Under the pieces are notes generated by a model. The model saw only the letters and a list, made by a program, of their open reading frames with translations, was not told the origin of the DNA and ran no database searches. The position numbers and the translations under genes were made by a program. From positions 1 to 22,211 of the forward strand of contig JBHLLP010000054.1 of assembly GCA_048885525.1 (NCBI GenBank): 22,211 bases of DNA, read 5' to 3'. Shown piece after piece: positions 7,483 to 15,018 of this stretch (position 1 is its first letter; the number at the start of each line of letters is the position of its first letter). The DNA is from Candidatus Hermodarchaeota archaeon. GTDB taxonomy: Archaea; Asgardarchaeota; Lokiarchaeia; Sigyniarchaeales; SOKP01.

Positions 7483-8815
7483 TTAAAAATCTATATCTTC
7501 TAATACAATAGTTTCTCTTCTATCAGGTCCTATCGAAACCATAGCAATATCTGTTTTAAGCAATTCTTTAATAGATTGAATATATATTTTCATTGTCTCT
7601 GGGAGAGCATCATATCCTTTTCTGGCACAATCTAACCATTCATCTCTGGTCTTTTCTTCCCAACCTTCAAATTTTTCATAAATTGGAGTACATCTTTCAA
7701 TAATTTCATGGTGGATAGGCCAACTTTCAAGTTTTTTTCCCTCTAACTCATAACCAGTACAAATGTTAATAGGACTTATTCCTTGTAATGCATCTAAAAG
7801 AGTAATGATAATTTTATCAATACCATTTATCATTATACCATATTGTATGTTGAAAAGGTCAAGCCATCCAACTCTTCGTGGTCTACCAGTTACAGTACCA
7901 TATTCATTACCTTGCTCTCTAATTTTTTCAGCGGTTTTGTTAAATAATTCTGTGGGGAATTTACCTTCGCCAACTCGAGAAGTATAAGCCTTAATTATTC
8001 CAACAATTTTGCCAATCTTTTTTGGAGGGATACCAGTTCCAGCACTAATACCTAAAGCGTTAGCATTAGAAGAAGTACCATAGGGATACATCCCAAAATC
8101 AATCGCCAATAGATTTCCTTGAGCTGCTTCAAATAAAACTTTTTTACCTTCTTCTATAGATTTATTTAGATAATAGGCAGAATCAATTACAAAAGGTTTA
8201 AGTTTTTCACCAAATTCTTTATATTCTTGATAAATTGATTCTAATGATTCATTCCAATCAGGATCATATACATTTATTAATTCCTTTTTAATTTTAAATA
8301 ACTTCTCTAATTTTGGCTTTAAAATCTCAGGATTAATCAAGTCAAAGATTCTTAAACCCCAACGAGCTGCTTTATCCGAATAGGTCGGACCAATTCCTCT
8401 TTTAGTTGTTCCAGCAGCATAATTTTCTTTTGTTTTTTCTTCTAATCCATCTAAAATACGATGAAAAGGAAAAATTACATGAGCTGTAGAGCTTAGCTTT
8501 AAATTAATTTTTTTATTTAAATTCTTGAGATTTTCAATCTCTTCAAGTAAAACTTTCGGATCAACTACACAACCGTTTGCTATTACTCCTTCTTTTTCTA
8601 AGGGAGCTCCAGAAGGCATTAATTTAAATTTATATTTTACTCCATTGGCATTTATTGTATGACCAGCATTATTTCCTCCATTATATCTGACAACTATATC
8701 TGCCTTCTGTGCTAAAAAATCAACAAATTTGCCTTTGCCTTCGTATAGGGTTAGTTTGCGAACTGCTCAACTAAACTCCCCACGAAAGGCCTATAACGGC
8801 AATCGTATTACTCAT
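7483..8815 (-). CDS. purA: Adenylosuccinate synthetase, split: exon 1 8815-8776, exon 2 8744-7483; 433 aa after removal of the 31-nt insert
   Basis: The ORF track gives only 8619-7483, but the frame stays open upstream (EGKGKFVDFLAQKADIVVRYNGGNNAGHT), and another frame starting at ATG 8815 gives MSNTIAVIGLSWG. Joining G(8776) to AC(8744-8743) yields GLSWG-D-EGKGK, the PurA P-loop. Downstream motifs GTTKRGIGPTYSDK, FEAAQG, YPYGTSS, KAYTSRVGEG, EYGTVTGRPRRVGWLD and SIGPDR are intact. Confidence 0.96.
8745..8775 (-). other. Putative 31-nt bulge-helix-bulge-type (archaeal tRNA-like) intron in purA mRNA: UUUAGUUGAGCAGUUCGCAAACUAACCCUAU
   Basis: Removal restores both the frame and the catalytic Asp codon. 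Central 4-bp helix GGGG (8781-8778) / CCCU (8750-8747); 3-nt bulges AG^U and AU^A; intron stem UUAGUU/AACUAA; exon-exon stem GCCUUUCG/CGAAGGC. Stops occur in all three frames. Confidence 0.85.
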
Positions 8816-9007
8816 ATCTCATATTCCTTTTGATAATTTTGTATAATCTAATTCTTAGTTTAGTCCAAAAATGATTATTATATACAGTTTAAAAAATTTT
8901 TGGTAGGTAAAAATGGAAATATAATTAATAGGTAATAATTTTTATATTCGAATTTTCATGTAAGTCATAATCTTATTTTTTAATTAAAAAGCCCGCTTCG
9001 AAATAAT

Positions 9008-9931
9008 TTGCCTGCTTTTAAGAAAACCATTCTAATTGATCTTGCTCATAATGAAATGTTAAACATAGATGAAGAAGAATTCAACGATTTTCTAAATCTC
9101 CTTAAAAGAATAGACCTCAAAATAAAAAAAAATGAAGATGGACATATTACAAAAGAAATTCTAGAGAATATTGATCTTTTAATCCTTGGTAATCCAATTG
9201 ATGATTTCTTTTCAAGTTTAGAAATTAAACAAATCGTTGATTATGTTAGGACTGGAGGTGGTTTAATATTATTGAGTGAATATGGAGCAGATTATCTTCA
9301 GAAAACTAATTTAAATGATATCGCTGGAAAATTTGGTATTTTTTTCGAGAAAAACTTAATCAAAGAGATGAACAAAACAAATCAAAACTGTACTAGTATC
9401 ATACACATTCAAGAGTTTCCAAAGCATATTATTACTAAAAGTTTGAGAGAAATGATAATTGGGGGTGCTTGTTCATTAGATTTAGGTAAAGGAGCAAAAA
9501 TTTTATTACAAACAAATGAACTTTCTGTATGGTCGGAAGTTTACAATAATACTTCTGAAGAATGGACAAAACAAGAAGAAAAACAACAAATTATTGCCGC
9601 ATATGCTGAATTTGGCCAAGGAAAAGTGGTAGCAATTGGAGATATCGATATTTTTACGTCAAATTCTAGAATAGGTATAGATTCTTTAGATAATCAAAAA
9701 TTCATACAAAATATAATCAATTGGTTAATAAATCCTGTCGAGGAATCAAAAGTAGTCTCATTTATTCTTAATCAGCTTGGTGATCTTCAATACGAAATTA
9801 GAGAAACTAACAAAGTTTTAAATAATATAATCGAAACTATCACAATTTTAGAAAAAAGAATTACATATTTAGAAAAAAAATCAAAGATATATATGGAACC
9901 ATCAGATCAAGAAGAAAGTTTTGAAACTTAA
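9008..9931 (+). CDS. GIFT-domain (GldG/IFT52-like, DUF4350-like) protein with a C-terminal coiled coil
   Basis: Pattern ILIDLAHNE...DLLILGNP...FSSLEIKQIVDYVRTGGGLILLSE...NLNDI...FGI...GKVVAIGDIDIF...DNQKFIQNIINWL. Heptad-like tail LGDLQYEIRETNKVLNNIIETITILEKRITYLEK. No signal peptide seen. TTG start. Confidence 0.75.
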   Translation: MPAFKKTILIDLAHNEMLNIDEEEFNDFLNLLKRIDLKIKKNEDGHITKEILENIDLLILGNPIDDFFSSLEIKQIVDYVRTGGGLILLSEYGADYLQKTNLNDIAGKFGIFFEKNLIKEMNKTNQNCTSIIHIQEFPKHIITKSLREMIIGGACSLDLGKGAKILLQTNELSVWSEVYNNTSEEWTKQEEKQQIIAAYAEFGQGKVVAIGDIDIFTSNSRIGIDSLDNQKFIQNIINWLINPVEESKVVSFILNQLGDLQYEIRETNKVLNNIIETITILEKRITYLEKKSKIYMEPSDQEESFET

Positions 9932-10070
9932 CCAAATTAATATGAATTAATATTAAATATTTGAAGATAGTCTAAAGTATTATTTTTTATTATAATTAAA
10001 TATTATAAAATTAGTTATTTATCTAAGCTATCAGCAATTAAAAATTATACAAATTATAAGGAGAATAAAA

Positions 10071-11519
10071 ATGCCTTTAAAAACCCCAAAAGAATATCTA
10101 GAATCTATTAAAAGGCCAATTAATTTATATATGTTTGGTGAAAAAATAAAAGAATTTTGGAATCACCCAATCATCAAACCTTCAATCAATACTGTAATGA
10201 AAATTTATGAATTAGCCCAAATGGATGAATATAAAGAACTTATGACAGCAAATTCTCATTTAACGGGTGAAATTATAAATAGATTTACTCACATTCACCA
10301 ATCAGTCGATGATTTAATAAAAAAAGTAAAAATGCAGAGGTTACTAGGACAAAAAACCGCTTGTTGCTTTCAGAGATGCGTAGGATTTGATACTGCAAAT
10401 GCATTATATAGTGTAACATACGAGATGGATAAAAAGAACAATACCAACTATCATGAACGGTTTAAGAAATATTGGGTTGAAGTTCAGACGCAAGATTTAA
10501 TGGTCGATGGAGCAATGACAGATACCAAAGGTGATAGAAGTAAAAGACCAAAAGATCAACAAGATCCTGATGCTTATTTGCATATAATTGAAGAAAATGA
10601 CGATGGTATCATAGTTCGAGGTGCAAAAGTTCATCAAACAGGCTTTCTTAATTCTCACCGCGCAATAATTATGCCCACTCTTTCATTAAGACCAGGTGAA
10701 GAGGAATATGCAGTTAGTTTTGGAATTGACACAAATGCTAAAGGAATAACTTTGATATATGGGAGACAATCATGCGATACTAGAAAGATGGAAGCTGGGA
10801 ACTTAGATATTGGGAATTATAAATATGGTGGACAAGAAATTTTTGTTGTTTTCGATAATGTCTTCATACCTAAAAATTATATCTTTATGAAGGGAGAAAT
10901 TGAGTTCTCTGGAGAATTAGTTAATCGTTTTGCTGGATTTCATCGTCAATCCTATGGTGGATGCAAAGTTGGTGTTGGAGATGTACTTATAGGAGCTACA
11001 GCTCTGATTTCTGAATATAATGGTACTCAGAACGCCTCTCATGTTAGGGATAAACTTGTTGAAATGACACATTTAAATGAGACTTTATATAGCTGTGGTA
11101 TAGCTTGTAGCTCATTAGGTTTTCAAAGAGAAGCAGGAAATTACGAAATGGATATGTTATTAGCTAATGTATGTAAGCAAAACGTTACTCGGTTTCCTTA
11201 TGAAATAGGAAGATTAGCTGAAGATTTAGCAGGTGGAATGATTTGTACAATGCCTTCTGAAGCAGATATTAATTCAAAAGAGATAGGACCCTTAATTGAA
11301 AAATATTTAACTACATGTGAGGGAATAAGCGCTGAAGATCGATTCAAGGTTTTACGGTTTATAGAAAATTTAACAATGGGTGTTGCTTCTGTTAGTTATC
11401 GCACTGAATCGATGCATGGTGCGGGATCACCACAAGCCCAGAGGATAATGATTTCAAGACAAGCTAACCTCGATGAAAAGAAGAAATTAGTAAAAGAAAT
11501 TCTCGATATTGCAGAATAG
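10071..11519 (+). CDS. abfD: 4-hydroxybutyryl-CoA dehydratase / vinylacetyl-CoA isomerase (FAD, [4Fe-4S])
   Basis: 482 aa. Cluster-ligand motifs CFQRCVG and HRQSYGGCK, plus GAMTDTKGDRS, RGAKVHQTG, YGRQSCDTRKME and ESMHGAGSPQAQ. SD aggag upstream. Confidence 0.95.
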   Translation: MPLKTPKEYLESIKRPINLYMFGEKIKEFWNHPIIKPSINTVMKIYELAQMDEYKELMTANSHLTGEIINRFTHIHQSVDDLIKKVKMQRLLGQKTACCFQRCVGFDTANALYSVTYEMDKKNNTNYHERFKKYWVEVQTQDLMVDGAMTDTKGDRSKRPKDQQDPDAYLHIIEENDDGIIVRGAKVHQTGFLNSHRAIIMPTLSLRPGEEEYAVSFGIDTNAKGITLIYGRQSCDTRKMEAGNLDIGNYKYGGQEIFVVFDNVFIPKNYIFMKGEIEFSGELVNRFAGFHRQSYGGCKVGVGDVLIGATALISEYNGTQNASHVRDKLVEMTHLNETLYSCGIACSSLGFQREAGNYEMDMLLANVCKQNVTRFPYEIGRLAEDLAGGMICTMPSEADINSKEIGPLIEKYLTTCEGISAEDRFKVLRFIENLTMGVASVSYRTESMHGAGSPQAQRIMISRQANLDEKKKLVKEILDIAE

Positions 11520-11578
11520 ATTCTTAAATTATGATCCTATCACTAATTTCATTTTATGAAAAAAGTTAAATTAAGAAT

Positions 11579-12802
11579 TTATTTTTTTGAATCAATTTCT
11601 ACTTCAATTAAATTGTAATCTCTTGTTCCTAAGCCAATTTCTTCAGCTAATTTTAATTGCAATTCCCAATGTTTTGATTCTTTCCCACTAAAATCCATCT
11701 CTCCATTTTTCGGATCAAAACGAGGAGTATGTGAAAACCATTCATGAGGACCTTTAGTTGGAATGCCTTCTACATCCGAAAGGATAGAATGAGGTGTAAT
11801 TGAAGATTTATGTACAAGATCTATTGTTGCTTGATCCAAAGCAACTGGATCCAAAGATGCTAAAACTCCTATATCTGGAACAAATGGAATATCTGAACCT
11901 CCCGTACAATCACATTGGTATGTAATATCAATTGCATAATTGATATAAAAGATATTATCTTTTCCAAAATATTCAACAACTCCCTTAGCATTATCAACCA
12001 TCTGGGTTACGAAATCCTCGCGAGGAACACTCCCGATATTTATTATTTTATCTTTACAAACCGAAGCGCACATATAGCAAAATTTACATTCATATTCATT
12101 AAACTTCAATTTGTTATTATCATCCTTACTTAAAGCATTTGTGGGGCAAATATTAATACAATTCATACAATTTGGATTACAATTATCAAAGTCAAATTCA
12201 AAAGTTTTTCCTGTGTGTGCTTCAACCTTACCACCTTTACTCACACATCCAATTCCAAGGTTTTTTATTGCTCCTCCAAATCCTGCACCTGCATGACCTT
12301 TAAAATGAGATGCCAAAATTATTAAATTAAATTCTCTTAAACGTCCAGCAACTAAGACTTCATTAAATTTCTTTCCATTGATTTTTTGAATTTCTATATC
12401 AGTTCCTAATTTTCCATCTAACATCAGAATTGGAGCACCCATAGTTTCTTTAGTAAATCCATGCTTAAGAGCAGTTTCTAGATATTCAATTTCAGTTGCT
12501 CGACCAGAATATTCTGTATGAACCCCTGAAATACTTTCAGGTATTCCCCAACCGCAAGATTCTGCCACTGATGGAATTCCACCTAGATCTTTAACATAAT
12601 CACATAAAAATCGTATGTAACTCGGACGTAAATATCTTGTATTTTCTAATGCGCCAAAATGGGTCTTAATTACTACATTTTCACCATTCTTAATCTTTTG
12701 TTTAATTCCAAGCCTCTCTAATGCTAAAGAACCTTTAAACTTGCTCATACTCTGCTTATGATCATCTGTCCGTGCCGTAAAATAGAAAACATCTGATTTC
12801 AT
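11579..12802 (-). CDS. DUF362 family Fe-S protein with a ferredoxin-like insert
   Basis: VVIKTHFG, SHFKGHAGAGFGGAIKNLGIGC, CNPNCMNCINICP / CKFCYMCASVC, CDC, DIGVLASLDPVALDQA, LGTRDY. Confidence 0.9.
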   Translation of the reverse strand: MKSDVFYFTARTDDHKQSMSKFKGSLALERLGIKQKIKNGENVVIKTHFGALENTRYLRPSYIRFLCDYVKDLGGIPSVAESCGWGIPESISGVHTEYSGRATEIEYLETALKHGFTKETMGAPILMLDGKLGTDIEIQKINGKKFNEVLVAGRLREFNLIILASHFKGHAGAGFGGAIKNLGIGCVSKGGKVEAHTGKTFEFDFDNCNPNCMNCINICPTNALSKDDNNKLKFNEYECKFCYMCASVCKDKIINIGSVPREDFVTQMVDNAKGVVEYFGKDNIFYINYAIDITYQCDCTGGSDIPFVPDIGVLASLDPVALDQATIDLVHKSSITPHSILSDVEGIPTKGPHEWFSHTPRFDPKNGEMDFSGKESKHWELQLKLAEEIGLGTRDYNLIEVEIDSKK

Positions 12803-12959
12803 ATCTTTATACCTGTAGAAATTCTGTTTAATTCATACAAATAATTAGAATTTAAAATTTAAGTCAAAAAATATTTTAACACTAATTAATTCTATTAATA
12901 TAATATATAAATAAAAAATAGCTTAGAAAGTAAAAAAAAAAGAAAAAGATGGTATTTTA

Positions 12960-13193
12960 ATGGCTCGTTGCCCCGAATGCGGAGGCTTTATGAAATACCA
13001 TTCAGCCATAAAACAAGTTGTATGTCAATCATGTGGATTATCGTTGTCTAGGCATGAGTTAGATAGGTATTGGAAAAAAATTAGAAGTGAAAACATTATA
13101 GAGGGTGATGATATGCAACAAAAAAAGAACCGGCGAAAAGAATGGCTTGATTGGTATTCTTCCAGCAAAGAATCCAAAGATAAAGATTTTTAA
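12960..13193 (+). CDS. Small zinc-ribbon protein (CPxCG type), function unknown
   Basis: CPECGG-x11-CQSCG at the N-terminus and a charged, Trp-containing helical C-terminus. It fills an otherwise empty intergenic space and has an AT-rich promoter-like region upstream. Confidence 0.8.
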   Translation: MARCPECGGFMKYHSAIKQVVCQSCGLSLSRHELDRYWKKIRSENIIEGDDMQQKKNRRKEWLDWYSSSKESKDKDF

Positions 13194-13285
13194 AGTTGGG
13201 AAATCAGAAATTTCATAAAACCAGATAATTTTCTTTAGAAATTAAAGGAAATGAGTCATATTAATTAAGATTATTGAACTATTAG

Positions 13286-14479
13286 TTAATTACCAAATTT
13301 TCTTTCTAAGATATCTTCTAAGAGTTCTGCTAATTTTATAGCAGGTATATCTAGCAGAGTTATTTCTAGATGTCTTCCACGAGTAGCCTCTTCAATTCTT
13401 ACTGTTTTAGACGCAACAACTTTGAGTTGAGTCAGTTGACGTACGTATTTTCTAAAACTCATTTTTACATGAGGCTCTATTGAAAAATTTTCAGATACAG
13501 CTTTATATTCCTCAAAAGCATCATCAACTAAAGTGAATGGTTCACCATTATTAATTAACGATCGCACAATCCCATATAAAGCTAGGATTTCTTGATCTTT
13601 TAAATCATCTACAATATCATTTCTAAAAGTAGGATATACATCATTAGCCGCCTCTCTAATAATGTCTGCAGTTATACGATCAATATTTTCCTTATCACAA
13701 TAAGATCCGCTTTTTCGCAAAATTTCAATCCCATGTCTCATATTTTTGTGATCAGCTACGATTTGTGAAATCATTGTTAAAAGTTCCTCACTGATAACAT
13801 TTTCTTTAAATGCCATATCGCTACGATATTGCAGGATCTGCATTGATTCATCAAAATCATAAGGTTTAAGTTTAATTTTCTCGTTTAACCTACTTAATAT
13901 TCTTTCATTCTCAATTGTCATCCAATCTTTACTTCGAGAAATTAATAATAACGACAATTTCGCATTTTGATGCCCAAATGTTTCAGCTATATCCAAGAAT
14001 GCTAGTACTTCATCTGGTTTTAGAAGATGAATCTCATCAATAATTAATAACATATATCCTTTTTCCCGAATTAGTTGTGAGAGGATTAATTTTAATGCCT
14101 CGTCGTCACTGAATCCACGACCGCTGCCATGTTGATATTTAGCGAGAAGTTCTCTGATAATCTTACTTTTAGAACGGAAATTGATACAATTAAAATATTC
14201 TAAAAATAGTTTAACATCATTTTCAATTGCAATTGTTCTAAAATTTTTTCCAAAATAGCGCGCTGTACATGTTTTTCCCACTCCTCCTTTTCCTAGAATC
14301 AAGCAATTAATAGAAGGTTGTTCCTTTTCTTCCATAATTCTTCTATAATTAAATATCAATGTTTTTAAAACTTCATCGCGACAATATAGTTTTTCTGGTA
14401 CATAACTCAAGTCAAGGGAACTTGCTTGTCTAAAAACCGATTTCTTCATGAATTGCTTTCTGAATTCATCCTCATCCAT
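13286..14479 (-). CDS. cdc6: Orc1/Cdc6 family AAA+ replication initiator
   Basis: LDLSYVPEKLYCRDE N-terminal motif, Walker A GKGGVGKT, YFNC, Walker B IIDEIH, ILSRL, LKPY, sensor-2-like NMRHGIEIL, and a C-terminal winged helix ending in RGR. Confidence 0.93.
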   Translation of the reverse strand: MDEDEFRKQFMKKSVFRQASSLDLSYVPEKLYCRDEVLKTLIFNYRRIMEEKEQPSINCLILGKGGVGKTCTARYFGKNFRTIAIENDVKLFLEYFNCINFRSKSKIIRELLAKYQHGSGRGFSDDEALKLILSQLIREKGYMLLIIDEIHLLKPDEVLAFLDIAETFGHQNAKLSLLLISRSKDWMTIENERILSRLNEKIKLKPYDFDESMQILQYRSDMAFKENVISEELLTMISQIVADHKNMRHGIEILRKSGSYCDKENIDRITADIIREAANDVYPTFRNDIVDDLKDQEILALYGIVRSLINNGEPFTLVDDAFEEYKAVSENFSIEPHVKMSFRKYVRQLTQLKVVASKTVRIEEATRGRHLEITLLDIPAIKLAELLEDILERKFGN

Positions 14480-14534
14480 GGTAAATCGAGAAAACCCGGT
14501 ATATAATTTTGATTTATAAGTAATAAAAGAACAA

Positions 14535-14562
14535 ATTAAGTATAAATTTTCTTATACTTGTA
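14535..14562. promoter_or_regulatory. Candidate Xer recombination (dif-like) site or operator palindrome: ATTAAGTATAA-ATTTTC-TTATACTTGTA
   Basis: Perfect 8-bp inverted repeat AAGTATAA/TTATACTT around a 6-bp spacer, with the ATAA-N6-TTAT core typical of dif sites. It lies about 460 nt from the 3' end of the Xer-type recombinase gene. Confidence 0.45.
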
Positions 14563-14729
14563 AAATTTTGTTTTATCTATAAAAAATTTATTAATTTAAA
14601 AAATTGAAGTTTGATAGTTTTTGTTCTAAAATATTGAATGATATAAATCTCTAACGTAAAGTTTTATATATTCACTTTTTATAAGTTATTTTATATATAA
14701 TTGTATTGAAAATTTTGAAAAATAGAATT

Positions 14730-14870
14730 ATGAAAAAATTAATTCGAAAATTAAGATACCGAAAATATAAGAAGGAAGCTTTAATTAAACAGTTCGAAGA
14801 AGAAAAATTAAGAAATCCCCAAGATTTTATATGTAATATAAGAGGTCAGGGTTGCGGATTGGGTCGTTAA
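14730..14870 (+). CDS. Candidate 46-aa small protein MKKLIRKLRYRKYKKEALIKQFEEEKLRNPQDFICNIRGQGCGLGR
   Basis: ATG at 14730 to TAA at 14870, too short for the ORF track. TATA-like ttatatataa at 14691-14700 about 30 nt upstream, T-rich tract after the stop, and purine-rich coding-like composition. Confidence 0.55.
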   Translation: MKKLIRKLRYRKYKKEALIKQFEEEKLRNPQDFICNIRGQGCGLGR

Positions 14871-15018
14871 AAATTTTATTTTATATTTTTTTTATTAAAC
14901 CTCATGTAGTTTTTTCTTTATCTACGAATTTATCAACATAAATTTTCCAGAAATAGAAAGTTGCTTTATCTGAACTAATTTTTAACAATTCGAGATAAAT
15001 GAAGTCATGCTAAAAGAC

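Noticed and set aside
7483-8619. purA starting at ATG 8619 (378 aa) as in the ORF track, or purA as a simple pseudogene
   Set aside because: This start omits the P-loop and the NAGHT motif, both encoded upstream. The rest of the gene is intact, and the single lesion is a structured insert with splice-like geometry.
8745-8776. Programmed frameshift or selenocysteine read-through as the way to express purA
   Set aside because: A +1 shift at GTT-TAG runs into TGA. Even with read-through it would add about 10 residues inside the P-loop and put Tyr in place of the catalytic Asp.
8746-8776. Alternative intron register starting with GU (spliceosomal-like)
   Set aside because: It ends in UA rather than AG, would give WG-Y-EGKG, and does not match the bulge geometry. 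At 31 nt the insert is also far too short for a group I or group II intron.
9932-10070. AT-only palindromes in intergenic regions (also 6725-6885, 12803-12959, 20216-20393)
   Set aside because: Expected by chance at this AT content, with no shared motif recognisable across the regions.
14944-14960. ttccagaaatagaaag as an ORB origin box
   Set aside because: Only the TTCCAG half resembles the ORB consensus. There is no G-string and I found no repeated copies.
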